NCBI RefSeq assembly: GCF_040938485.1
Contig: NW_027270966.1
Coordinates: 806,001-870,000 of the forward strand
Reading direction: 5' to 3'
Source: Diadema antillarum
Lineage: Eukaryota
DNA: 64,000 nucleotides
The position numbers and the translations under genes are program-made. How positions within the stretch are numbered: position 1 is the stretch's first letter; each line of letters opens with the position of its first letter. This document shows, piece by piece, positions 48,662 through 61,714 of this stretch. Under the pieces are notes generated by a model that saw only the letters and a list, made by a program, of their open reading frames with translations, did not search any database and was not told the origin of the DNA.

Positions 48662-49352
48662 GTGACCCTGCACCTCAAAACAAACAAAAAGTCGCCAGAC
48701 ATAAATTTTTAGTTAAGACCATATTCTGAAAGAGTAGACTTTAAGCTTTAAAATGATGTATAACATAAATCAAATGGACTCTCCTAACCTATCTAAATAT
48801 TGGAAAGAAAGCACAAACTCAGGAAAACTGTGAACTGAGAAAAGACGCTCTGAAGTACAGTGTCTATTCAAGCGCTTAATCTTTACCAAACCGTGCTGGC
48901 TGTGCGATGAATGGGACAAAAATCAGGAAGTAAACCACCACAGTAACAACAATGAAGGGATTATCAGATTAAACTGACATTAATCATGCCTCACTAACAC
49001 ATTCTGTCCATACTTAATACCATCTTTCAAATTAGTAGTCCTATCCTTTCAAGAGTTATTAGAGTTGAAAGTGAAGAGTGTGGACAAGGTTTTTCAGAAA
49101 TGAAAAAGGGATTCTAAAGACACACCTAATCACACTATTCTACCAAAAATGTTCGAGATAAACTGCTAAAAAACACACTTTCCTGTCCGTTTTATGACAC
49201 CAATTTTTAGCATAATGTAAAAGAAGACCCGCTCTTTCAGAAAATATGAAAAAGTCAAGTTCGGCTAGGTTGACCCATTTCACTTAATATTTTCAGTCCT
49301 CACGCAAAATCAGTGTGTGCGACTTTATGTTCGTTTTGAGGTGCACGGTCAC
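48662..49352. mobile_element. Sola1-like family A copy 4
   Basis: Same TIRs, TSD ATTT/ATTT. Confidence 0.88.
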
Positions 49353-51928
49353 ATTTGAATATATTTTGAATCCTTCGATATTACTTTTGAAGGACTGTTT
49401 GATGAATTTGAATTGATTTTCATTATGAAACTTTTCATCGTAATTGAAATAAATTAGATGAGTCGGTTTGTTTTTTCACATTCATTTCTCGTTTCTGCTT
49501 CAACTCGTACGGTCGTAGCGGGCGACAAAATAATCATGTCATGTGGATGTGTAACGTATGTGCACGGTCGTACAAGCGGCGGTGACAATTTTGCGGTCAA
49601 AATCGTCAAATTTATTACGGAAGGATACTCTACATCTAACAACGAGTCAGCAAAGGTAGGCCACTGCCGGCCTAGTTTTATGTAGTTACACGATAAATAT
49701 TATTCGATTTTGCTAAATTTCGTTGATTTAGAGGGAATACTTATTTCTTTTCGCCTCATTTTACTCGGTAGCGTAGCCCAGTGAAGAATCGAACACCGTT
49801 GCGCGTAGTCCCATGCGTACATTTTCTTTCTGTACGCGCAATGCCATTATAGTGCGCGGTCGGTTGATATGGACCCGGTCGGTGGGTTGAACACTTACCA
49901 TACTACGAGTAAGGAAAGACTATGGAAGCTTCATTTATTTTCAATCAACAGAATCAATGCAAAGTGCGTTGTCGAATCTCGGATGGCAATACGCATACAC
50001 ATACGCACACATACAAACAAACACACACCACACAAACGCGCCCAATCATACACGCACATACAAGGCTCTGTTGAACAAAAAACATTAAACAAAAACAAGC
50101 AGGAGTGTCACAGCGCAACAAATTTATGCGTACACAATAGAAGTACAAAAGACGCCCAAAATTGTCAGTTTCCTGCTTTTACATTTTAAATTTTCCGTTT
50201 TAAACCATTATCAAACTTTGAAATTTTGATAGGAAGTGGTTGAAATATCGAATATCCTGTTTCAGAGGAAATTTTTCATTTTTTCTTTGTTAACCAGTGA
50301 TACATTTTGAGAATTCCTACCCGAATCCATTTGGGTAACGTTGTGACGCGTCAACCACAGTTATCTTTTGAAAAATAAAATATGGCAGGCGATGTGATCG
50401 ATGTGATCGAACCTGAAGCAAAACAAAACAAAATCCTTGAAAATAGTTTGTGTCTTTCATCTAAGCATCTGCAGAAAAAAGTGAAATCATTATAAGAACT
50501 GACCCATGACAATGATTTGCTTTACTGTACTGTTTTTCTTTCCCATTAAAACACTCTACTCATTAAAAAGTACACGCTGGCTCCTGCTAACAAATCAAAA
50601 TCCCAAATAATTCACGTAAACTCCTTCTATGAAACCTGATAAAGCGGTTTAATGGAGAAGAAAATGCACTTGGTATCAGGGACGACATGATTACAGAAAG
50701 ATATAGTATCCCGACACATTCAACTCGTCCTTAATGAATATAGTAAAATAATACTGATTATAACACATCACGGTAGAAGTTAGTGAAATTCAATCCAATT
50801 CAATTTATTTCACATCTCTTAAAAATGCACAAACATAGACTCATATGTATATAATATGTACATAACATAACACGGAAATATACACAAAACAAAACAAAAC
50901 ACAAGCAGTACAAGGACAATTACAGTCACGACAGTGAAATATAAAGACAGTAAAAAACAGTAAGAACTGCAGCAGATGTGAGGGAATGACAAAGGCCATT
51001 GGTCTATCAGAGGTCAAACCCCTGGTGGACTGCATCTTACAAGTTTGCATTTTAAAAATTGTGTTTCATAAGTTATAGAAGACAAATGCACGTAAATGAG
51101 CATGAACAGAGACAAGGAGACAAGGAGAAGGACAGTTAGGCAACATGAAAAAAAAATGGACTTCAAATACGAATATCGATATCAAATTTTCCTGTTTTGC
51201 CAGTTGAAATTTGTTGAAATTGGCCATACTCTTCGGTAATGGCATTATCTTGTCACAGGTCTTCCACTTTACCCGTACCACAGAGCTCTACAAAATGTTT
51301 TTAACGTAAAACAAAAGGAAACTAATTCCAAATACTTTCTCAGAGTTCAAAATAATGGCAGAGCTGTAATGACTTAGCATTACTGACTTCACGGACTCCA
51401 AGAGGCCGAAAAGACGAGATTTCATAATATGTCGCCTTCTTGCCTACTTGCCTTCTACAAGGCGAGGAATTATCTCGTCTTCTCAGCGGCACTTATGGTA
51501 TTTTTGTGGTTAGTAAGGTATTCTGATCAGCACTCGCATGATGTCTGGTCTGTTAATTCATCAAAATAAGCGCTGAACTGGACGCCCTGTGGGGATATAC
51601 AGGGTCGGCCAAGTCGTGTTAATGAGTATGCATTTTTTTTTCCAGGTAACTTTTCTGGAGGTGTTAAGTTGCAGTGTTGCAGTTCAAGTTGATAAGTTGC
51701 TGGCTCCTGGACATGTGCGAGCAAAGCATTGAAGGAAAAAAAAAAACTCATTATAGATTTAGTACAGCGGTGTGTTAAGAAAACAATGATGCTTTCACAA
51801 CGCATGATTGGGTCATCCCTGATCTACAATGTATAATCTATATATAGATTATGTATTCATATACATTCAATTGTTCTGAGCTTCTGTCCGATAAGTGTCA
51901 AGTCAATTCGATGTTTGTTAAAAAGTTA

Positions 51929-53032
51929 CGTTTCCCACTTAACCGAGTTGTCGTCTCGAGTGATGGCAAGCTAGCGCGATCTTCAAATCGCCTGAATTGG
52001 CATGAAGATTGCCTACCACTAAAGCCGAATTGTAGTGGCGAGTCATGGCGAGCTGTCTGAAGGAGGACAACTCGACAACTCGACAACTCGACAACTCGAC
52101 TCGGTTCGGCGTATTTAAACTCGGCGTAACTCTGCTTGAAGTAGCGAGCAAGTCCTCAATTTCTGAACACGTTCAAAACTTGTACCCACTCGTTGCAACT
52201 TGTGATACACTCTCATTACTCGGAACAAGTTCGAGATGAACTCTTTCTAACTCATACTAACTCGCCACCTTCTAGTATATTCGAGTGCTATGATATAGCA
52301 CTCCATATTATGGATTTCAAAGACCGGAGTACGAGCACAGGACTGTGTCAGGCGTGTAGACAAGTCAGGCTGAGATGCCAATGAGATTGGTGTGAGTTTA
52401 GAACGAGTACGGCGACTTGCAGCGAGTTTGCAAGAGCCTGTCTCGAGATTCAGCACGTTTTGCACGAGCATGAGTGCAGGGTGAACGTTGCAGTACCCTA
52501 TTATTATACATGTCAGCTGGCCTATAAAATGTAGTGATTATCGTTTTCTGAACTCGCACTAATCTCATGACAACTCAGAATTACTTGCAACACGGTCGTA
52601 GTGCTCGTACTCCACTCTTGGAAACTCGTATTATACTTGATGGAGGTAAGTTGTTACAAGATATGATATTATAGAGGTCATCTCGAGGTTGTTACGACTA
52701 GTGTGAGTGCATTACGACTTTGGCACGAATCATCACGAGTTGCAACGAGTTAGTAACATTTTTGAATATGTTTAGTAATTGAGGACTTGATCACGATTTC
52801 AAGCAGAGTTTTGCCGGGTTACGCCGAGCCGTGTAGAGTTGTCTCGAGTTATCCCGATTCACATAAGAAACTTTACGCGACTAATCACGAGTACAACTCG
52901 CCATATTTACTTCCTCCTGACTTGCCACTACAATGCGCCTATGTGGGAAGCAATATTCACGCGAGTTCACAGGAGTTAAAATTCGCGCTAGCTCGCCATC
53001 ACTCGAGACTGCAGCTCGGTGAAGTGGGGACG
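51929..53032. mobile_element. 1.1-kb TA-flanked non-autonomous TIR element rich in ACTCG/CGAGT motifs
   Basis: ~55-bp imperfect TIRs (CCCACTT(A/C)ACCGAG...CTCGAGTGATGGC.AGCTAGCGCGA), TA on both sides, (CAACTCGA)4 near 52067-52100. Confidence 0.7.
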
Positions 53033-53139
53033 TAGATCGGTAGGCCTTGGTGAGAGGTTCTGGAGCTTGTCGGATCAGGTTTCATCGGAACTCATCAGAA
53101 CGCAGATTTTTATTGTTCTTATTTATCTATTTTTTATTC

Positions 53140-53173
53140 ATTTGTTCATTTATTTATTTATTTATTTATGTAT

Positions 53174-53216
<43 letters not shown>

Positions 53217-53217
53217 T
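53140..53217. repeat. (TTTA)n microsatellite
   Basis: Direct reading. Confidence 0.9.
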
Positions 53218-53421
53218 TATTTTGTTTTTGCATTTGAGGGATCAGATGAGCCTCCGATGGTCTGTGGAGTTAGGCCTTCAACACTGAGCTTATTTCCTTC
53301 ATCGGACGATTCTAGCTCATTGGATAACGTCCGGCCATGTCTGACACTGACCTGAAATGCCTGATAGCTGACCATCATATTAAAATCGGATTCATCATAC
53401 TGCGATCCGATGCACTTGACG
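53217..53421 (-). CDS. Candidate terminal exon (S)VKCIGSQYDESDFNMMVSYQAFQVSVRHGRTLSNELESSDEGNKLSVEGLTPQTIGGSSDPSNAKTK*
   Basis: Acceptor taatacag|, phase 2, 68 codons to TAA, followed by an AATAAA-containing (TAAA)n tract. An internal donor CAG|GTCAGT after 53352 could make it an internal exon instead. Confidence 0.5.
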
Positions 53422-53499
53422 CTGTATTAATATATTGGTGGGCGGAAGCAAAAAATTCGAGGGCCCGATGAGAGAGAAACAGAGAAAAAACAACAACAA

Positions 53500-53700
53500 A
53501 AGTCTGTGAAATCGGGGTTTAACTCACACATGGGACCTCCATTTAATCAGGGAGGTGGGAAGTCCCACCTCCCTGATTTAATGTTGTATCTGAGGGACAG
53601 AATGCTTATACACAACATTGCTCAGTAAGACTCGGAAATCTCAAACGCGGGTCCCTGGGATAAGAGGCAGACGCGCCGTGCCGACTGAATCAAATCACCT
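53500..53700 (-). mobile_element. Degenerate tRNA-derived SINE
   Basis: A-box-like TGATTCAGTCGG (53681-53692, minus strand), degenerate B box near 53634-53648, SINE-like body downstream. Confidence 0.4.
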
Positions 53701-54201
53701 CCTTTTTTTCCCCACTCGTTTAACTATTTGATTTTATATTGAAGTTCTGCCACTGAGTTGTTGGTTCACTGGTCAGAAGTTTCTTTGTGATTTATCACAA
53801 GAATTAGTGCCTTATAAAGGAATTTATTCATGGTTAACATAATGCGTGTTTCCATGCATCTATTGAATAAACATTATTTTCTTTTATTTATTTTTGTTAC
53901 CAATCCGTCAATATTCATTCGATGAGACAGCTGAAAAAAAGCTGCATGTCACATTTTTGGGAACAATTTAATAACCGAGAAGGATCGTGTTTCCAAATTG
54001 TGGAGAAAGTTTCAAAAAAGTTTCTTTATATAACTAAAAGTCCAAGACAGAGGACAATCTTTCTACTTCTGGCAAAATGACTTGTTTTTGTTATTTCAGC
54101 TTTTGCTGAAGTCTAATTTGGTTGGTATTAAACTGCAGAGTCTGGAACGTAAGGCACAACTTCAATTCTGTTTAAAAGCGATTGTAAGCTTAGAGCTATA
54201 C

Positions 54202-54261
54202 CTGACTACCCCCTCACACAGGGGGACCTTGATTCCCCCACGTCTGGAGAAATACGGGATC
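54202..54261 (-). CDS. Candidate 60-nt exon IPYFSRRGGIKVPLCEGVV
   Basis: Acceptor aatgacag|, donor TCAG|GTATAG; the only open reading is phase 2-2. Confidence 0.45.
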
Positions 54262-54502
54262 CTGTCATTTTGAGAGCGCAGAGAGGTTAAGCCGCAGTTG
54301 TTCTTTTTTGACCATTCGATTCAAATCCTATTTCCTTCCTCCGCTGGGGTGTATGCCAAACGTCGTGTCACAGAGTTATTCTTAGCTCGGCCTTCGCTAG
54401 CCATCGAGCGGGACAACTTCAACTGTCGCACCATCACTTCCCATCGCTACTAGTAGAATATAAGAGAGAGAAAGAGAGAGGGAGAGTTGTCCTCTATTTT
54501 AC

Positions 54503-54530
54503 CCAGGAGCCTTCACAAGATTTCCCCTTT
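54503..54530 (-). CDS. Candidate 28-nt microexon (E)RGNLVKAP(G)
   Basis: Acceptor gatttgtctcgcag|, donor CTGG|GTAAAA; phase 1-2 bridges the flanking candidate exons. Confidence 0.4.
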
Positions 54531-54949
54531 CTGCGAGACAAATCAAATAGATTTTAGCGGAGCAAAAGGATGACACGCATATAGCACGAACTAATAATTG
54601 GAGTAGTGAATTTAGACAGTAAAGCGAAACCTTGATTCCAAGACATGCATCTAGCTATAGAGTTCTACGTAAATGCATACACCCACAAGCTTGTATACAT
54701 ATGATATCATATTGGCAATATTATTATTACCTATTTGATAAAACAATTCGTATTTGTGGTAAGAGGAATGAGTGATTATGACTAACGAACTGCGTGTGTT
54801 TCCACATCGGCTATGGATTGATGCACAGACTCATATACAGAACCTATGATTATTAATCTCAGCGATTTATATACGTTTAACTTTTTGAATAAATCATATT
54901 CGATCTTGCTCGATCATACAGGAGGACTAACGTCGTATTCTATTTCCGG

Positions 54950-55500
54950 CATCTTTGAGTGGCCCCTAAAATGTACTACATCTATACACCCCACCCCCTT
55001 TGCAACATCCTGTACTGGGGATCTGTCGCAAGGGTCCTTCGCGCCACCCACTCGTTTGAAATAAGGATGGCATCCAAATTGTTACGTCATCAAAAGTGAC
55101 GCATGGAGCGCATAGAATCGAGGTGATATCTAGATGACAAAATGTGAACCGAGTCATCCCTTTCTCCTTGTTACAGCAACATGAAAGAGTTCACCAGAAC
55201 AAACAACCAAACAATCCTACAGCCTCACACAAACAACCTAATGATGATCGCAACAGCCTCATTTCTTGGAAAATTTGTTCCAAAGTCAAGGCTTTTATGA
55301 CCCCATGATTAACAAAGTTTCCAAATTCACGGCTGGACTTCCTTGATGACCTAGTAATGAGCTTTACGATTTCAAACTATTTAGTCTCATATTCTCGGAA
55401 TGCAATGTGCATGTATACATTTGCTCTATCGGGCAAACCTTGGATATATTTTCTGATCATCGGTAATGACTCTTGCTGTGAATTCACCGCATCACATGGG
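54950..55500 (-). mobile_element. Decayed CR1/L2-like LINE ORF2 fragment
   Basis: Stop- and frameshift-interrupted peptides MRLNSLKS, GVIKALTL, ITSILCAPC, EWVARRTL occur in the order expected for the post-RT region (LxLNxxKT..LGVxxxxxLxW..IRSxLEY..ExVQRRA). Confidence 0.4.
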
Positions 55501-55756
55501 TGAAATAATTATAATGGATGCACATCGCAGGCCTAGATTTTAACACACATTAATTTCTGCACGGCACGCCTGAGTGACCCTATTTGATATTCAAATCCTC
55601 TTTCTTTCTTACATGTATTTATGAAAATGCACCTCTTATAACTCTCTCTTATTTAGTCACTATTTGAATGGGCTGAGATGGTCCAATTTTTATGTTTATG
55701 TATGATTTTCAAGCTTTATAGAGCTTACTCTTTGAAATCATGCTGTAAAGTAGGCA

Positions 55757-55921
55757 TTATTATCATTATTATTGCTATCATTATCATTCTTATTATCATT
55801 TATTACTATTGTTATTATTACTGTTATTTTCAATATTGTTATTATCAATGTTATTATTATTATTGTTAGTAGTAGTAGTATTATTAGTATTATTATTATT
55901 ACCATTATCATTATTATTATG
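55757..55921. repeat. Imperfect (TAT/TGT/TAG)n trinucleotide tract
   Basis: Direct reading. Confidence 0.9.
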
Positions 55922-56200
55922 ATTGAGCTGGTGGCAGCAAATGTGATCCAAAACCATTCTATATCCATCATTTTCCAACCTTGTCTTCAAGCTACACCGT
56001 TTATGCACACCAATTAGAAAATAGCTTTACGAAGAGATACACTTCTTCGATGAATTATTTTCGTTTGATTGTTTGTTGAGGGGAGATTTTGCTAGTAATT
56101 AGAATGGAAGATTAATGAAAATGACACAAAATGTCGTTTTTCATAATCAATGATATAAATCTTGTCGGGGTTTTTTGTCAGCTTTTGATAGAAGAGTTAA

Positions 56201-56669
56201 AAAGGGCATTCCAGACGATTTTCATAATTTCACATCATTTAGTACATAGATCGACAGCTCCATGTATAGATTTGTGGAATTTATTGTGGCCCTTGAGCAG
56301 AGAAACAATACTCTGAAAAATCTTAAACAAATTACACTGACCAGTGTTGGTGACATAGGAGCCTCACATATTTCAGAAATGTAGCAGTGTAATTTCATTA
56401 CAATACCACTTGCTTAATAAGTTCACATGTGTAGAATGTATGCATGCCATCTTCTTTTGTTCTGCTTCCTTGAGCCCCAACTCATGCATTCTTATGGTGA
56501 GGCTGCCATGTCGTCATCCTTGTTCATTGCAATTTTGTTGTAAATTTTGAAAATATGTTTATTCCTGAACCCAAATCACTACATGTATAAATTGTGAAAC
56601 TCTGTACTCGGTATAACTAATTTATAGCTGTTCAAATGTAAAAGTCTGAAAATCATCCGGAGGTCTCCT
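56201..56669. mobile_element. TTAA-flanked non-autonomous element (Kolobok-like), copy 1
   Basis: TTAA on both sides; imperfect TIR AAAGGGCATTCCAGACGATTTTCA / TGAAAATCATCCGGAGGTCTCCT. Confidence 0.7.
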
Positions 56670-57349
56670 TTAAGTGGCAGTTTTTTTTTAGGTCACCTTG
56701 TCAGAAGCTGAAGACATCAGAATTGTGTATGTGTGTGGATGGACCTCAGAGTACAAGAACGAAGGAGAAATAATGAGAACGAGAAAGAGAGAGAGGGAGG
56801 TTCAGAACAATTGACAATGTAAGAAATTCGAAACAATCACCTGTCATATGATTCACCAACTGTCATATCCCTGCTGCCTCTTGAAACAATCCCCCTTTGG
56901 AAGTTTTTGGCCTCCTTCTGATTTTACCGCACTCTCATATTTAGGCCAATCTTATGACAGCAATTTGAAATAAGTAGGACATCGCACAGGGAATGTAGTT
57001 GTTTCAGTCCAGAGACGGATTTTCGACGAAATGGCGTCGGAGCGTTTCTACGCTGTACTAACACAGCTCATGCATAATTTCCCGAGTAAATATTTGCCGC
57101 AGACGAGGGGTATAATAATCGGAGTCAATTGTCTTTCAGGTCATTTTAAACGGCTCGGGTCGTAATATTATAGTTAAATGAGATTGACTGCATGGAGTGC
57201 AGGTGCAGGGGGGCTCAGGGTTAACAGGTGGCTACGCCCTGGATTTTAACGGTGCCCAGTATATTAAGCCTGGATTGACATTATTAGTTTGGCCGTTGTA
57301 ATCGAGCGAGATCAGGTGTCACATGTACTAAAAAGTCACCCTGTACAAC

Positions 57350-57894
57350 TGCTGTAAAAACATCGGTGTTAAATTTAACAACATGGGTGTTGAATCTAAC
57401 ACTGATCAAGTGTCAATAGAGGACCACACCCACAGGTGTAGAAAGTATGTTCTGTTTTTGTTGGAAAGTGTTCACCTGGCACTTCGTGGTGTTAATTTGG
57501 CACTGTAGCCGGTGATATTTTTGACACTGCACTGGTGTTACTTCAACAATGACAGCGCATGGTGTTGATTTGATATTGCTAGTGTTAATGTCAAAGGTAT
57601 AACACCCGCCCAGTGTCAATAGGAGACCACACCAACAGGTGTTACTGTGGTGTAAATGTGTCCACACATTTTTTTTTTTCACAAATCAAGTACCTTATCG
57701 GAAAATTGTTTGATCGTCTTGATGATATTCAAAATCAACAAGAAGAACAGTAACTAGGTAACTATTCGAAAAAAAAAAAACAACTTTTGTATTTTGAAGT
57801 TACATCCGGAGTTGTTAATCTAGCACCTCACATGAGCACTAGAAATTTAACACCAGCTCGGTGTTTCATATCTAACACCGGACTTTTTGCAGTG
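57350..57894. mobile_element. CACTG-terminated EnSpm-like MITE with many GGTGTT/AACACC subrepeats
   Basis: Right end AACACCGGACTTTTTGCAGTG is the inverted match of left CTGTAAAAACATCGGTGTT; left terminus degenerate. Confidence 0.55.
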
Positions 57895-59345
57895 CAGGCA
57901 TGCTGTTATGTACCAGCTGTGAAACATAATGACTCAAGATAAACTATTTTTGGCAGGTAATGATTCTGAGAGTCGAATGTTAATCAGAGCACGAAAATAT
58001 CAAGCTTACAAGCTGACATTTTAGTAAAAGTAAGTAAAATTCTTTGAGGATATGCGTGTGCAAGAGTATTAGGAGTAACATCAGTTTACACATCCAACTA
58101 TAAAAACGATTAATGATTTCTTGTGCAAACTTCCCTCTAACATTTTACTCAAGCTATAGCATTGAAATGTACAGTAAATCCGTTTAAATGCAGCGTTCAT
58201 ATTCAATTGATTGTAAACAAACGCGATTCCCTTTTCATGAATGTTGTAAGGGCTTATAGACGTGCTCTCAGCCAAATCTTTTGCCTGTTTTGATTTTGCG
58301 ATTTTTCAAAATGGATATTTTCTTTCCCTTCATATTTCATTAGCTTTCTGTGATTCCGTGAGTGAGTGTTTTTTGTTGAATAAATTCATTGTTTTCCATG
58401 GTAGCGTAATATGATTGCATATAGTATGCTTGCAACTCACAGGGATACCACATATACGCGACTGAAATCCTCAAACTGCTTAAGGATTAAAATTATTATT
58501 ATTATTGTGGGATTTCGGTCTCGAAGAATAAAGGAATAACAAGAATAATCTTCGAAGCCATAAGAAGAGAGAGAGAGAGAGAGAGATGGGGGGGGGGCAG
58601 GTGGTGATAGAGGGGGATGGGGAAAACAGTTATTACAATTATTCACTGCGAAACGTACTTTGATTCTTTTCGATTTCATTTATTAGAAAAGGGAGACAAA
58701 ATTATATGCAAAAGTAACTGGGTGAAATTGAAGAAAAAAAAAACATGCCAAACTTGTTTCAATGTAAGTTTAACATTGGTAAAACGTTATCCGTTATGTC
58801 TAGTCGATTTTGCCTATCTATTACAGTGAATTTAAGCATGAAGTGGACTTTCTCAATGAATGCGAATAAAAATGGCCTTGTACCTTGCGTGAACGGAAAC
58901 ACCAGATTACAATCACTATCTTACACTTTCACCGGGATTAAATTGGCTGCTCCTAACGACAGGAAGGGCCGACCGTAAACTAAACCATGCGGATTACACT
59001 CCGACGATCACAAGGGTGCCAGCGAACAATCACAGGACCGTCCAATCATATTACGAGAATGTTGTTATTAATGATCACGATTCTGTGCTACAAACAAGTG
59101 GACGCGTTAAATTAGTATAACGGGGTCTCAATGATATTATATAGAGCGAAAGATCGGCGCTAAGGAAATGAATTCCTAGCGTACGTAGATATGCACATTT
59201 ATAGCGGGGTCTCAATAGGCAGGAAATCTTCGTAAGATGTTAAACCGAATGACATTTGGCAAAACGGAAGTCTTGACAAGTGGATGCTTATAAAATTTTA
59301 TGTTTTCTGGAAGGATGGTGGCATAATCGAATTATTCCCCATTAC

Positions 59346-59525
59346 CGGTCGACAGGGCGGAATTGTTATCTTGTTCAACAATACAGCGAGGATTGGCTAT
59401 CATCCTCTTAAAGTACGCCTGCTTGATCTTGGACTTCCACTGTAAGACCTGTGTTATTTCAGAGACAAAACTTGTTTCAAAGTTCTTCTCGAAAAAAGCA
59501 TTTTGTCTTCGAAAGCCCTTAATAC
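59346..59525 (-). CDS. Candidate internal exon of an unidentified minus-strand gene (G)IKGFRRQNAFFEKNFETSFVSEITQVLQWKSKIKQAYFKRMIANPRCIVEQDNNSALST
   Basis: 180 nt, phase 1-1, GC3-biased codons, donor ACCG|GTAATG, CTAAT branch-like site upstream; alternative acceptor at 59517. Confidence 0.5.
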
Positions 59526-61035
59526 CTTCCGTGAACGCGATTAGGTATAACAAATAACTACAAAAACAAACCATTACTCATTCAATTTTGTAATATGGTT
59601 CAGTCATTTTCCCATGTCGATTGATTTGTCTATTCATAATCATTTCTACCATTGTCATGTTATCAGGCATGCATGATTTAATATTCGCATCACCGAAAAT
59701 CGGTCTGTAGACTTTATATACAGACCTTTGGATTTTACAGAAGTTACCACTACCGCTTGAAAAAGAAACGTGTCGCGACCCCCCCCCCCCCTAAAAAAAA
59801 AGAAGAAGAAAAGAAATGAAAGCTATTTGTCGATATGGCGGAACGCGAATGTCGAATTGAAAATATATTATGATAGGAAGCATATACGAATGAATAATTG
59901 ATATTGAATGTTCTATAGAAAGTATTGTTGAAGTGTTCTAGTGTAAAATTGGCCACAACGGAAACGGTTTCTCATCAGTCATTATACCTGTTCGTAGATT
60001 TTGGTAGCATTATAATAATTTCAAACTGTTTTCAAAGCGTTCCTTTACCCTTTTAACATTTTAAGGATCAGTATATACCATAATGGTTCAACCAGCAAAC
60101 TTCGAACAGGTCTGCAGAGCCGCTGTACAATGTTAAACCCCTTATAGCTGTCACAGAAAGAGATAACGGTGTGTTCCTGTGAGCGGTAAAATGTTCTGTA
60201 AAATAGCATCTGTATGGGTGCAGGTGCGAAAATTCATCTATAGTACTAAAAATAGTATTCCAAGACCACCAAAGACGACAGGAAAATGCGAGCTAATGTG
60301 AATTTATTTAATTGTTGACGCAAAGCAACCATCAACACTCTCTGCTTTATAAAAATTCGATTGTGAGCAGAGTTGAGTTGCTTTGATTTGTTGAATCTGC
60401 CTTGATGACGCTAATCATAATACTAAGGATTAAAGAAGGTACATCAGTTAACCGTTACAACCTTTAAAACCTAGCAGAGTCGTAATGCTATATTCCGAAC
60501 ATGCATGGAAGAACCATAAATTTGAGAGAATTATGATATACATCTTGCATTTGCTTTCTTGAGGGGTGAATTAGAAGAGGTTGAATGCTCAGATTCAAAG
60601 ATAGATTACGTCTATTATTAACAATTCCCTCGTTCGGAAAGTGGCAAAGTGACCCGTTTTACCGGGTCATAATTGGAAAACCTCCTCCGTATGATAAGTG
60701 AAGGATTAAACGATGGGGGTGCTAGTTGTTGTTCTTGCCCTGTTTTGTTTTAAGAGGAGAATGGTACAGTGTGCATCTTGTTCACTGCAGAGAGGGGGAA
60801 GGTGGAATGAATCACGTAGGCAGGAACAAGACGGGAGCGGGTACGGGTTGATCTAGGGAGAACGGGAAACGAGCGCGGGAAACGCAATTATAGTATGAAG
60901 CGAGGGAAGGGGAGAAACTGTACAGCTCAAAGAAGCAAAAAAGAAAAAGAAAGAAAGAAAATAAAATAAAACGAAACAAAACAAAAACAAAACAAAAACG
61001 AAACAAACCGAGATGCAAATGTTTGAGAGCTTTAA

Positions 61036-61500
61036 GTGGGCATTCAATACTTGAAAAATCAAGACAGTATAGAAATCAATAGTTTCATGTATATATTTGC
61101 GGAAATTATTGTGGTCTTACAACAGATAAACCCATAATCTGAAAAACCGTAGATGCATTTGCACCGAGCAAGGGTGATGCCATATGTGGGGGATTACATA
61201 TTTCAGCATACTGAGTAATGCAGCAGTGTAATTTCACTGAAATACCCCTTGCTGTACAATTTCACCTGTGTAGAATTTATGCATTCTTTCTTCTAATGTT
61301 CTGCTTCCTTGAGCACACAACCACGCATTCTTATGTGAATGTACGCATGATATGTCTTCCACCTTGTTCATTGTGATTCGAAATAAAGCTTGAAAACATT
61401 CTCCTTCTTCATCTCAATCACTATAAATTCTGGAACTCTGTATCAAGTATAACCAGTTTATAGATGTTCAAATGCTTTGAAAATCATCCAGAAGTCTCGT
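61036..61500. mobile_element. TTAA-flanked element, diverged copy 2
   Basis: TTAA at 61032-61035 and 61501-61504; colinear similarity to 56201-56669 (e.g. GTTCTGCTTCCTTGAGC, TGAAAATCATCC). Confidence 0.7.
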
Positions 61501-61714
61501 TTAACCCCATCCATACGACCGGTAAGTGCTGGTGCATACGATGTCAACGGCGTTCATGAACAGCCGACTCTAGAGAATTAAATAGTAAGGTGCAACGTGC
61601 AAAAGACTAACACTCAAAAAAAAAAATGTGAAGTTATCAAAGGAGAGAAAGGAGGATAGAGAAAAGAAAAAGATGGAGAGAAAGAAAAGGAGACAGAATA
61701 GGTTTGTCTGAATT

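Noticed and set aside
57031-57110. AAATGGCG start with short ORF MASERFYAVLTQLMHNFPSKYLPQTRG
   Set aside because: Weak donor and no downstream partner exons; may simply be a YY1-like motif or chance.
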